Counted from the first letter of the stretch, positions 9,523-19,587 are shown. The stretch: 64,000 nucleotides of DNA from an uncultured delta proteobacterium (GCA_963745835.1 CAVUZH010000019.1:256001-320000), one strand, 5' to 3'. A program made the numbers and translations. The notes: generated from the sequence alone by a model not told the origin.

Positions 9523-10134
9523 ATGATAAATGGAAGTCAAAAGCCCTTGACAAAGTCTCCGCGTCAGCTGGACATAGTCAATTATCGCCGTGCATCTGCT
9601 CGGCGGCGGCCGGAAATCGGTGGATACCGAAGATGTTGCCGTTAAGTGCCACGAATTGGCACCCGGACTGTTCTCATGGCGAAAGTACCGCGAACAAATC
9701 AACCTCGAGCTCGTAAGAGTGGCGCTTTCAGACGCTAAACGCTCATACGGTCAGTTACTCTCGGGTTCCGGTAGGGAAGGTTGGCGGCTAAGCACGCGGT
9801 ATTGATTGGATGGCATCTAAGGGCGACGGCTTCTTAGTGAAGGATTCGCTCGAATCGATCGTGAGCGACTCAGTGCCGGCTCTGTAGACGCAGTACGCAA
9901 GAGGCGAGAAAGATCAAGAATTTTCTCGTCTGCAGCATGGAAAACCTGGAGTGAACATAAGACGATCTCTTTGCGTGACGCACGTAACTTGTTCCGAATT
10001 GATGAATATGCCACCAACAAAATTCAGGATAACAAAGTTGTTCGTCTGCGTTCGCAATTCGAGGACGACAACGGCTTAGTCCTTTTATACGTGAAGCCGC
10101 GGAACTGATCTTGGGCAGCAAGGAGGAGACATGA
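9523..10134 (+). pseudogene. Frameshifted hypothetical protein (wHTH-like), coupled to the GHKL gene
   Basis: VHLLGGGRKSVDTEDVAVKCHELAPGLFSWRKY...LELVRVALSDAK...GWRL; stop overlaps the next start (ATGA 10131-10134). Confidence 0.62.
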
Positions 10135-11789
10135 GTGCGAAATCGTTGAAGGTAACGTCTCACGTCGGCAGGGATCTTTTAGCGTCAGCCGCGAGCTTCA
10201 AACAGAAGCCGCCGTCGTATGGGAATACGTTGTGAATAGCTTGCAGTATGTAGACGCTGGAGTTTCTCCTAAGGTGCAGGTTCTTGTTAATCCGAGACTC
10301 AAAGTTGTTGAGGTCCGGGATAATGGGCGCGGCATGAATAGCGACGGACTACGTCAATACTTTACGATGCATGGAGAGAACATTGATCGATTGCGCGGTC
10401 GACCTGGTCGCGGCAAATTTGGTACGGGAAAATCGGCGGGTTTCGGGATAGGAAAATTGTTGCGGATCGATACGCGGCGGAACGGGCTGCGAAACGTCGT
10501 CGAGCTTCATCGTGATGCGATTGAAGCTTCGAAAGGTGCCGACATTGATCTAAGCTGGGTAATACGCGACGAGCCAACCGAGTTTGCAAATGGAACAACC
10601 GTCACGATACAGGAAATTTTCTTACCAAAGCTAAGCATCACACCGATCAATTGAATATATTGAGCGCCATTTGCAAGTGTTTAGGGCATCTATGCCGCAA
10701 GTGGCCTAACGACCACGTGTGTGAATATCGTGAACCAACGGTCGCGGAAAAATTTACATTTGTCCCATCCCCGAAGCAAGCCGAGGTGCTTAGCGAAGTT
10801 GAACTAGTTGTGAAAGTTTCCACTATTCCCCTTCCGGCAGCCGAACAGGGCATCGCTGTCAGTGCTGGATCTGGAAATCTGATAGCAATCGAAACTGGGG
10901 GCATTGAGAACAAGGAATTGGGAAATTATCTCTTTGGAGAAATCGATGTGCCTGCACTCGAAAAACATAGATCGCCCATTGAGCCGTACGACACAACGCG
11001 GTCTCTCCAATTGAATCCTCAACATCCACTCGTTCGTGTCCTAATCCCGTTCATTGGTTCAAAGCTAGAAGAGGTACGTCGTATCCTGCTCGAAAGGCTC
11101 AATGCGTCACGGAAGACAGAAGAAGCGCGGCGCTTGGCTCTGACGGCGGACAAAATCGCGAATATACTAAACCAAGATTTCAAAAACGTAATTGGCCGGT
11201 TGCAGGACATTCGCGCGGCGTCTGCTCGGCCGGGAGATGTCAGGCCGAACCAAATAAATTCTGGAAGAGCAGACAACGCAGAGTTAGGGTGGATTGAAGG
11301 AACGACGGTCCCTGGAGGCTTGCATCAAAGCAAGGGGGTACGTGGCAAAATAAAACCGCCCCTTCCACCACGACCCGACATTCCAAAGCCTCGGCCTGCG
11401 ATTCTCAAGCACGGTACTCCGAGTGACGACGGCACTTCGTCTTTAGATAAAACGGATCAGAGTAGAAAAGCTCGCAAATCGCGCGGCGGTTTCAACGTTG
11501 ACTATCGGCATTTGGGACCGGAAAGCGACCATCCAAATACGATCGTATAAACTTGTCGATTCTTATTAATCTGGATCACTCCGTGATTCGTAACGCTCTG
11601 CGCACGGGAGGGGTTGAGGACTTAAATTTCAGACGTCTTTCCTACGAAATTGCGTTCACCGAATACTCAATTGCGCTAGGCTACGAGATGATGGAGCAGG
11701 ATCCTGACGTTCCAGCAGACGACTTGCTGTTCGAGGTCCGAACTACTCTCAACAGAGTTTCTGCTAGTGCCGCAGCCCTTTATGCCTAA
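10131..11789 (+). pseudogene. Frameshifted GHKL ATPase (MORC/HATPase_c_3-like)
   Basis: WEYVVNS (N-box), VRDNGRGM (G1), GKFGTGKSA (G2), NGTTV (G3); RBS AGGAGG; joins ORFs 10232-10654, 10651-11550 and 11553-11789. Confidence 0.8.
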
Positions 11790-11960
11790 ATGAGAAATAG
11801 AGGACCTGCGACGGCGCAACGGTCTCCGATTGCGGTCACCTTGAGCATCAAAATCTTGGTTTTGGACGTAGTAGGCACACCTCAAGCGCGGTAGATACTC
11901 GAAACCTCACAGTAACACCCATCGTCTATAGGTTTCACGAACTGCCTGTGATGACACCAG

Positions 11961-12589
11961 TTACAGCGGTCTGATCTGCACTCTGCGCCATTTGATCGCG
12001 CCGCCGGGGCTCCTTTTTCGCGGTTGCCAAATTGAAGCGAAATCGGACCTTCCGCGAATTGGGCATGCTGAACGTCGACAGTTTTCGTTCCATTGAGCAC
12101 GATCGTCAGATGCGAGCCTTTGGCAGTGATCTCCAGAGTATTCCATTTGCCGCCCGCCTTTGGCATAGGCGATACCTTGGCGACATTGACGATGGCGCCG
12201 GTGCCGTACTCCGGCTCCGGGCGCTGATCGTAGATATTCGCCTCGTACGCTGTCTTGGAGCCGATTTGCTTTGGATCGGAAATTCGAAAAAAGATGCCGC
12301 TGTTGGTAGTGTGATCGGCCCAGACCTCAGCGCGAATTTGGAAGTCTTTGTAGGAGTTTTTCGAAACCAGATTACCACCTTTTCCTTTGTCGGCCACGAT
12401 CGCGCCGTCTTCAGCACGCCAATTGGCGTCGCCAATCCGGTTCCAGTTGTCCAGGGTCTTTGGGTTCGAGCCGTCAAGAAGCGTAATCCAACCTGTGTCT
12501 CCCCAATTGAACATCTCCCATGAGCACCCCATAACCGTGAGTCCCGTCACGAGCAGTAGCTCCAGAGTAATCGCGCGCATACTTTTCAT
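11961..12589 (-). CDS. DUF1080 / 3-keto-disaccharide hydrolase-like lipoprotein (frameshift near C-terminus)
   Basis: GWITLLDG, NSGIFFR, GKWNTLEI, GPISLQ, IKWRRVQIRPL in shifted frame; frameshift at G-run 12006-12009. Confidence 0.85.
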
Positions 12590-12660
12590 TGCTATCGGCT
12601 CCTTTCGTATTGATTGAAGATTGTTATCCGACTCAGTGGCAAGTCCTTCGCAAAAGATTT

Positions 12661-13647
12661 TCACCGCTCCAGCTTGAATAGTGTTCTCACGAAATCTTTG
12701 ACGGCAATCCGCGCTGCGCCCGCCGCTGCCTCGTTGTAGCCGGTGTGCGGGTCGGTTTGAATGCACGGGTCCTTCCAGGAGAAGCGCTCGCCGGATTCGG
12801 CGTGGACTATCGTGCCGAGCGGTTCTTCCTTGAGCTTGCACGCGCGGAAGCTTTGCGAGCCCTTCGAGATCGTCGGAACCTTATTGCCAAGCGGATTATC
12901 AAAGCTGTGATGCGCGTCCGGATACTCGGTCAGCACGGCATCGCGCCCGGCAGCACGCAATCGTTCAAAATAAGCCCGGCACGGCGCCACGGGCGTGTAG
13001 TCGTCGGCCGCGCCGTGAAACTGTCGTATGGGCGCGGCGCCCAGGTCGGTGTCGCCAATATACGTAGCAGAGCAGCCGGCATAAAAGGGAATGTGGGCGA
13101 TGAAAGCAACCCGCGGGTTCCACATCTGCTGAAATCTTTTCATGCTCGAATAGAGTGCCGAGATGCCGCCCAATGAGAACCCCATGATTGCAATCCGCGT
13201 TGGATCGATTCGCGAATGATTCGCCAGCACGTTGAAGGCGCGATAGGCGTCGAGAATGACGCTATACGAGTTGAACTGCCCAAGATTCGTCGAGGTACGA
13301 ACCAGGCCGCGCCCGGAGAAGCTGTCCACCAAAAATGTCGCGATCCCCATCTCGTTGAAAGTCTTTGCCCAGAGTTCGTCGTGTGCATTGGAGCCGGACG
13401 AGTCATGTTGCAGGATGACTGCCGGCAACCGGCCGCTCGCCGCTTGTGGAAAGCGCAGATGGCCCGCGATGGTCACCGGTTTGCCATCTTGGTCGCCGGT
13501 CAAGAACTGCCGCACTGAAACGATGAGCGTCTGAATGGGGTGTACTTCAGTCCGTGCCGCCAGATCTCTCACGCTCGGGTCGGCAACAGCCGCTTGAACC
13601 CACAGAAGGCTAAGAACCAGACAAGCTGCTCGCACTGCGTGTCTCAT
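12661..13647 (-). CDS. Dienelactone hydrolase family alpha/beta hydrolase, secreted
   Basis: GFSLGG nucleophile elbow, HGAADDYTP, YPDAHHSFD; signal peptide; RBS GGAGG. Confidence 0.88.
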   Translation of the reverse strand: MRHAVRAACLVLSLLWVQAAVADPSVRDLAARTEVHPIQTLIVSVRQFLTGDQDGKPVTIAGHLRFPQAASGRLPAVILQHDSSGSNAHDELWAKTFNEMGIATFLVDSFSGRGLVRTSTNLGQFNSYSVILDAYRAFNVLANHSRIDPTRIAIMGFSLGGISALYSSMKRFQQMWNPRVAFIAHIPFYAGCSATYIGDTDLGAAPIRQFHGAADDYTPVAPCRAYFERLRAAGRDAVLTEYPDAHHSFDNPLGNKVPTISKGSQSFRACKLKEEPLGTIVHAESGERFSWKDPCIQTDPHTGYNEAAAGAARIAVKDFVRTLFKLER

Positions 13648-13798
13648 GGGCCTCCGATCACGCCAGCAAATGATCTGACGCATGGCGGAGAGTAGCCATT
13701 AAGGAAATCTCATGTCAACTGACTTTTCAAACGCGCCGATCGCGCGCGAGCGGTCCGGCGATCAAGCGGATGAGCATTCGGGAGAGCGACCAGAACCC

Positions 13799-13925
13799 AA
13801 ATTGATTCGAGCGTGGACAGTTTAATAATGAAAGCAGCGCTACCCTCGTGTTGGATGCACTTTGAGGCCGCCGCCGAGCGGCGGAGGTTCGGTTGTAGAG
13901 ATCGCGCCGGTCCTTGCCGAAGGCT
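13799..13925 (-). pseudogene. Degraded duplicate of the 3' end of the MBL gene (17503-19230)
   Basis: Aligns with ~17504-17628; shares TGCATCCAACACGAGGGTAG; CIQHEGSAAFIIKL vs CIQHEGSPDFIIRL. Confidence 0.8.
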
Positions 13926-13984
13926 CTTCAAATCCCCGATTAGATTGCGGCGCAAGTTGCTTGGAGTCGGCGTACCCGGACGTC

Positions 13985-15694
13985 TCAATGTTCGAGATGA
14001 AACTGAACACGACAGCGGCTGTCGATGCGGTCGGACTTGACCCGATCAACGTAGTTCTTTATCAGAAAACCCGCCAGCTTCGCGACCGCACGCTCGTCCT
14101 CCAATAGGTCCTCGGCCGTAGGCCGCTGTCTGGGAAATTCCATAGGCTCGCCATCGTAGCGCATATCGATGTCGAGATTGAACTCATCAAAGCTGACTTC
14201 AGCGTCGATCTTGCCGGTGCTTAGCTCCAACGCCCTTGCGGCTTCGATAAATTCGTTCATCGCGGACTTGGCGCGATCGATGACTTCCCTTCTCGCACCC
14301 CAGACTCCTCCCTGCTTCTCCATGAATAAAAATATTTGCTCTGAAGAGTCCGCATGTGGATCGATTTTCAGCTGCGCGCGCTGCCCGATGCCGATACGAA
14401 ACAAGAGATTCAAGAGCAATGCCGACAAGGTGGCCACCGAAAGCGAGGAGCCAAAAACAGGTAAAAACATGGTGTGAACGGTTTGGTAGACCCCAGGCAA
14501 CATGTCGACGCTCAGGCCCAGAATAATCGAAACTCCCACCACGAATGTCTTGCGAGCATCCATCATACGCGAGGTAAGAATCTGAACTCCGGCAACAATC
14601 ATGAAGCTAGCCGCGAAAAACAGAAGAGCCCCGACCACCGGACTCGGCATGATCGCAAACAATACCGTCAGCTTAGGCACGAAGGCCAAGACAATAAGAA
14701 TTCCGCCGCAAGCAAAACCAATCAGGCGGCTCGTCGCACCGGTCGCGATGGACAGACCGACGTTGGCACTGGAGGTCGACTGTCCCATGGTGCCTACTCC
14801 TCCAGACAAGATCACACCACAAGCATCCGCAAGGAGGCCGCCACTGATAGACTGCATATCCGGCCTCTTCCACTCGGCGTCGTTCACTTTCTGACATGTC
14901 GTCAAATCACCCACGGCCTTAAGTGATGACGCCAACGCCGTTACCAGAAAGGGGATCAGCAACGCGCCGCTAAAGGACCAGCTCTCTCCGGGAAAAGACG
15001 GCAGAGCGAGAAGAGAGGCTTGCTCTAAACGACGTAGGTGTTCATCGGTCACTAGACCACTCGCATAAGCGCAGATCGAGCCAGCAGCGATCCCGATCAA
15101 AACACCATACAACCGAAGCCTCGAGGAGCCCCAGACGGTCACGCCAACCATGACGGCGAAAGTAATGGAAGCGATACTCACCGAGAGCGGATCAATGACC
15201 GCGCGTGAATCCTCGATTCCTAAAAACCTAGAGACCGCTACCGGAATAAGCGCGAGACCAACCATCATCACGATTGTGCCGGTGACTTCGGCCGGGAAAA
15301 AGGGACGGAGACGGCCCATGAGACGAGAGAGCACTACACCGAAAAGACCGCTCACCAGAGTCATTCCCGCCAGCAGCGGCAGGCCGCCCGTCTTGACCGC
15401 CAGAATAGAGGCCGGGATATACAGGGGGTGCACCTGCTGAAGACAGAAAAATCCAGATCCTATAGGGCCATGACGTAGCGTTTGCAGGATGGTCGCAATC
15501 CCCATGACGATCATCGAGGCGTGGATCATCCGTTCCGCCTGCGCGGCAAGGATGCCGGTCTCCTGCAGGAGGATCACCGGGTAAACGAAGGCACTGGACA
15601 AGGCGAGGATATGCTGCAGCCCGAGCAAAAGTGAGGTTGTTAGGGGGGGAATTTCCTCAAGTCCATAAATCAAATTGGCGGGCTTCTTTGCCAC
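13985..15694 (-). CDS. NCS2 (xanthine/uracil permease family) transporter with C-terminal degenerate RsbW-like HATPase domain
   Basis: GLQH in TM1, NCS2 signature variant ANVGLSIATG, many TM helices; soluble tail AMNEFIE...YDGEP...LAGFLIKNYVDRV. Confidence 0.88.
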   Translation of the reverse strand: MAKKPANLIYGLEEIPPLTTSLLLGLQHILALSSAFVYPVILLQETGILAAQAERMIHASMIVMGIATILQTLRHGPIGSGFFCLQQVHPLYIPASILAVKTGGLPLLAGMTLVSGLFGVVLSRLMGRLRPFFPAEVTGTIVMMVGLALIPVAVSRFLGIEDSRAVIDPLSVSIASITFAVMVGVTVWGSSRLRLYGVLIGIAAGSICAYASGLVTDEHLRRLEQASLLALPSFPGESWSFSGALLIPFLVTALASSLKAVGDLTTCQKVNDAEWKRPDMQSISGGLLADACGVILSGGVGTMGQSTSSANVGLSIATGATSRLIGFACGGILIVLAFVPKLTVLFAIMPSPVVGALLFFAASFMIVAGVQILTSRMMDARKTFVVGVSIILGLSVDMLPGVYQTVHTMFLPVFGSSLSVATLSALLLNLLFRIGIGQRAQLKIDPHADSSEQIFLFMEKQGGVWGARREVIDRAKSAMNEFIEAARALELSTGKIDAEVSFDEFNLDIDMRYDGEPMEFPRQRPTAEDLLEDERAVAKLAGFLIKNYVDRVKSDRIDSRCRVQFHLEH

Positions 15695-15893
15695 TATCCA
15701 AGCTCTTGGATTGCGCAGCGGCTATAGCGTGACGCGATGAAATATCCACCGTTAAGGATTTTCAGGTACGGGGTCCCTTTGCGCGTGCTCATGCCTTTTT
15801 GTTTCGAGTACAAACGCGCCCTATATTTCAGCGCGTAATCAGAGACAAAAAGAGGCACAAGAACGAAACGGCGCACGATTGCAGATGATGCGA

Positions 15894-16250
15894 TCACTGC
15901 GATGGTGCCAGAGTAGATAGGCCTTCGATTGCCTCGTCGCGCGAGCCGTAAATGAAAATGATGGACGAGAAGCCGGATAAGTCGAACACCTGCCGAATCT
16001 GATCTTGCAGCCCGCACAAGGTAATCTTTCCGTTTGTCGCCTGCAGTCGCTTGGCGGCAAGCAGAAAGACCCGCAGGCCCGAGCTGCTGACGTAATCCAG
16101 CTGAGCAAGGTCGACAACGAGTCTCTGGGCGGCGCCCGAGTCGATCACAGTGAAAATTCTATTCTCGAAGGCTTTTGCTGTCGTGGCATCGAGTTTCCCT
16201 GACAATGCCAATATGACCGCGTCGGCTTTTCTATCTTCACTAATGTCCAT
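15894..16250 (-). CDS. STAS anti-sigma factor antagonist (RsbV/SpoIIAA-like)
   Basis: GKLDATTA, VDLAQLDYVSSSGLRV, VFDLSGF. Confidence 0.93.
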   Translation of the reverse strand: MDISEDRKADAVILALSGKLDATTAKAFENRIFTVIDSGAAQRLVVDLAQLDYVSSSGLRVFLLAAKRLQATNGKITLCGLQDQIRQVFDLSGFSSIIFIYGSRDEAIEGLSTLAPSQ

Positions 16251-16319
16251 GATCTAAGATTGCTGCGTCTTCTGCTTAATGTCCTACACGACCATGTCTC
16301 CAACCTGAGTGCAAGAGTG

Positions 16320-16459
16320 CGCGGTGTCGTCAACGAGCCGTGCTGGAAACGCTTTTCCACCCCGGCCGTCGACGGCGTATTGCAGGGGCTTAACGAAAAT
16401 GGGCGATGACGGCTGGACTGATCGGCAGCATCGTCGTCAGCTTAGACGGCGGGAAATAG
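16320..16459 (+). pseudogene. Degraded copy of the 3' end of the Lin0512 gene
   Basis: 16430-16459 matches 6951-6980 at 27/30 nt, with further similarity upstream. Confidence 0.75.
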
Positions 16460-16488
16460 GGAAACTTCGTATCACCGCATCGAGTCGC

Positions 16489-17280
16489 TTACTGGGCTGG
16501 AGCACTCTGTCTAGGATTATATGCCGGGCTCGTTTGGCTTGGATCTCGTTGCACGAGAGACTGGCGTGGATCTTGACGTGGTGAGTTCTCGGCCGACTTT
16601 GGAGTTGTCGGAGACTGGATATAAGGTTCTGCCTGAAAACTTGCTTCGCGCTCGCCTCCGGTCGTGAACCACCAAATTCCCGCAACGATCAGTGCCACCG
16701 CCACAACCGCCGCGGCAATGAAGCTCATGTTAGGACGCGAGCTCGCGCCAATAACTGACGTCGAACTTTGGTTTCGCTGCTCGGGTCTGATCGGTGGCAC
16801 CGCCGCTCTTTGTGGATTGAATATTTTTTCGATGGCCTCGATCAATCGATCTACGTCTGAATGAAATCTCGAGTCGCTTATCTCGATCGCGTTCCTGCGC
16901 GCGAAAGGCTGCAGAGGCTCCGGCAACGACTTCGCCGAGGGCATCTCGGCGTCCGCGAGAAGAACCGGGATGATAACGGTCTTTAGCTCGAGCCCGGCAA
17001 GAATCTCCAAGCGTACAAAATCTTCCGGATTGTCGAGTCGAGGGACGCCGCTTTTGTCGGTCATCTTGATCCACTCTCGTCCGATGAGGACGAGGAGAAC
17101 GCCCGCTTCCGCCACGCTATGATTGATGGCATCGACGAAATCTTGTCCCGGCTCGATTCTGTCGATGTCCATAAAAACATTATGCTCGCCGTATTTCGCC
17201 GCCAGGCGATCATAGATGCGCCCCGCGTAGGCTGCCGTATCTTGGCGTCGGTAGCTTATAAAGATTGATTGCTTAGACAT
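16489..17280 (-). CDS. TIR-domain protein (TIR_2) with transmembrane helix
   Basis: IFISYRRQD, VFMDIDRIEPGQDF, DFVRLEI (putative catalytic Glu), IIPVL; TM FIAAAVVAVALIVAGIWWF. Confidence 0.9.
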   Translation of the reverse strand: MSKQSIFISYRRQDTAAYAGRIYDRLAAKYGEHNVFMDIDRIEPGQDFVDAINHSVAEAGVLLVLIGREWIKMTDKSGVPRLDNPEDFVRLEILAGLELKTVIIPVLLADAEMPSAKSLPEPLQPFARRNAIEISDSRFHSDVDRLIEAIEKIFNPQRAAVPPIRPEQRNQSSTSVIGASSRPNMSFIAAAVVAVALIVAGIWWFTTGGEREASFQAEPYIQSPTTPKSAENSPRQDPRQSLVQRDPSQTSPAYNPRQSAPAQ

Positions 17281-17502
17281 GATCAGCCGTATTCCGATTA
17301 TCTTTGGCGAAGGATGTCAACCAAATTTTGCTCATTCGGGTGCGCAGGCCAGCTCTTTCTGACGCGCAAAGAGCAGGAGGAATCGAGCGGTGAGTCGTGC
17401 ACGCACAATTCTCTTTGCGAAGCGAGCGTGCGATCACGCAATCCTGTTAGCGCTAACTCATTTGCCGCGGAGTTCTGGCGTTTTTCTTAGAACCGCTCCG
17501 CT

Positions 17503-19230
17503 TCACATTGTTTTGAGCGCCGGCAGTCTGATGATGAAATCAGGACTACCCTCGTGTTGGATGCATTCGAAGCTGCCGCCGAGCCATCCGAGGGTTCTGT
17601 TGTAAAGATCGAGCCGGCGCTTGCCGAACACAGCCGAATCCATCCGTTCGTGGCTTGATAGTCGAATCTCCACCTGGCCCAATGCCACCTGAGTGGCAAT
17701 GCTGATGTGCTTGACGCCCATTCCGGCCATTCCTTCCATCACGTTGGTCAATATATCGCCGAGCCGCTCCGCCCCGATGTTTGCTTTGGTCTCCTGCGCC
17801 GCCGGCGCAAATTCAAACTGGACATCCCGCAGAGGCGAGTACGCCGCCAGCCGGCGCGTGAGAGCCTGCAGAAAAGATTCATCGTCCACCGCTTCCATCA
17901 GATCAGCGGATTCCATCAACGTGGTTTCCTTGGTCTGCTTCAGTAGCTCCGTTATGATCTCGTTTACGGCTCCCGGTTGCTCCGTCTGGAAAAATTGCAA
18001 GCCGCGCACGAGATTCAAGAAATCTTCTAGCCGCCGCTGGGCCCGATCAACCAGAGAGAGATCGAGGATTTGGCGAACGTTTTCCGCGGCCAGAACTTTT
18101 TGCAATGATCTGGCGACTTGAACGCCTTTGAGCACTACGGTCCATTCGGGCACCGGGCTGCCGTTGAACGCTTCCGCGACACGGCGAAAGTCCGAGAGGA
18201 TGCGGTCGATCTGATCGATATCCAAGCTCTCCAGAATCCGGCTGGCCGCGCCGTCCTCCTCCTCGAGCATGGATAGGCAGTAAGACACCGTGTACAGGCG
18301 CCCGGAGAAGATCGTAAGCAGCGCCGCAGTTTCTTCCAGCAGTTCATCCGCGTAAATTTTAAGAGCGCTAATGCGTCCGGCATCCATGAGCGGTACGTCG
18401 GTCAGATTGGAAGCTTCGGTCTCCATCAACCGGAGCTTCTCGCGCATGCTTTGCGCCGAAACGCAGTAACCGTGCCCGGGGCAACACGCGGTGATCTCGG
18501 GTATTTCCAGGAGCCGATCGACGTTGCGCAGTGTTTGCAGAAGATCTGCGTGGTTCCAGCCGTCGAGGCCGCACACTCCAGGGTTGGCGGCGAACGGCAA
18601 ATCGCCAATCATCAACAACGATCCGATTCTTAACGATATGCTGCACGCCGAATGTCCGGGCGTGTGATAAATCTCAAGCCGATTTCCAGCGCCGACAGAA
18701 AGCCATTGGCGTTGCAGCGTTGCGCCATCGGGCAGCGCCATCGGCTCGGTGTAAAGCTCCAATCGTCGGCCGCCGGACAATTCCAGCGCGGCCGGTTCAG
18801 ACGCCGGGCTGGAAGCGAATAGGATTCCGTCGAATCGCGCCGTGCATATTTCAGGGTTCCATGGATAGAGATAAGCGGTAGTCAGGTTGCGGTCGCGGTG
18901 TTTGAGAGCCTCAACTCCCGACTTGTGCGCGAACCGCTTGACTTCCGTACCGGTGGGAAGTTCAAGACCCGCCTCCTGTGAGTGGTCTTGATGGCAATGG
19001 GTAAGAAATAGGAGGACCGGGCGCTGTGACACTGTCAGTGCGTCGGTTAGAATTCGGCTTATCTGCCGCGTCTGCTCGGCGCTGGCGCCGGGATCGACGA
19101 CCACCAGCGCCTCGGGAGCGGAAAAAATGTAGCAATTCGATGAAACGCAGTTGGCCTTAGGTATGATCGGAAAGATGTCGACGGACGAAGTGCCAGAAAC
19201 TTTCTGCCAAACGTTGGCTTCTATCTTCAT
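17503..19230 (-). CDS. MBL-fold metallo-hydrolase with C-terminal degenerate HATPase-like domain
   Basis: THCHQDH, HTPGHS, GD, PGHG; tail RLGDILTNVME...LGGSFE...FIIRLP. Confidence 0.85.
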   Translation of the reverse strand: MKIEANVWQKVSGTSSVDIFPIIPKANCVSSNCYIFSAPEALVVVDPGASAEQTRQISRILTDALTVSQRPVLLFLTHCHQDHSQEAGLELPTGTEVKRFAHKSGVEALKHRDRNLTTAYLYPWNPEICTARFDGILFASSPASEPAALELSGGRRLELYTEPMALPDGATLQRQWLSVGAGNRLEIYHTPGHSACSISLRIGSLLMIGDLPFAANPGVCGLDGWNHADLLQTLRNVDRLLEIPEITACCPGHGYCVSAQSMREKLRLMETEASNLTDVPLMDAGRISALKIYADELLEETAALLTIFSGRLYTVSYCLSMLEEEDGAASRILESLDIDQIDRILSDFRRVAEAFNGSPVPEWTVVLKGVQVARSLQKVLAAENVRQILDLSLVDRAQRRLEDFLNLVRGLQFFQTEQPGAVNEIITELLKQTKETTLMESADLMEAVDDESFLQALTRRLAAYSPLRDVQFEFAPAAQETKANIGAERLGDILTNVMEGMAGMGVKHISIATQVALGQVEIRLSSHERMDSAVFGKRRLDLYNRTLGWLGGSFECIQHEGSPDFIIRLPALKTM

Positions 19231-19272
19231 ACTGTCTCGCGCGCGCCGCAGTCCATGGCCGCGCCTATGGCA

Positions 19273-19587
19273 TCAAGGGCTGACGTCAATGAATGTCGCA
19301 AAGCCGGTGAGATTCAATACGTTCTTAATGGGCAGCGGGACGTTGATAAGTTTCAGGCGTTCGCTGCGTTTTTGCAGCGCCTTTGCCGCCATCAGCAAAG
19401 CGCGCAAGCCGGCGCTGCTCAAATACGAAACCTTCGCCAGATCGAGCTCCACGCCTCCGGCGGAAGTCTCAGTCGCGCGCAACAAGGCCTGTTGCAGCTC
19501 CGGAGCCGTATTACTATCCACGGCGCCGACGACGGAAAGAACAGTCGTCGATTGCGACTGCTGCTCAGTGATTTCCAGTTCCTTCAT
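19273..19587 (-). CDS. STAS anti-sigma factor antagonist
   Basis: GAVDSNTAPEL, DLAKVSYLSSAGLR, VLNLTGF. Confidence 0.93.
   Translation of the reverse strand: MKELEITEQQSQSTTVLSVVGAVDSNTAPELQQALLRATETSAGGVELDLAKVSYLSSAGLRALLMAAKALQKRSERLKLINVPLPIKNVLNLTGFATFIDVSP

Noticed and set aside
11882-12841. 319-aa ORF as listed in the track
   Set aside because: The N-terminal extension overlaps the dienelactone hydrolase and the C-terminus is out of frame; the real gene is 12589 to 11961.
16489-17280. Thoeris/CBASS/Pycsar defence system
   Set aside because: No ThsA-like effector, cyclase or other cognate gene is adjacent to the TIR gene.
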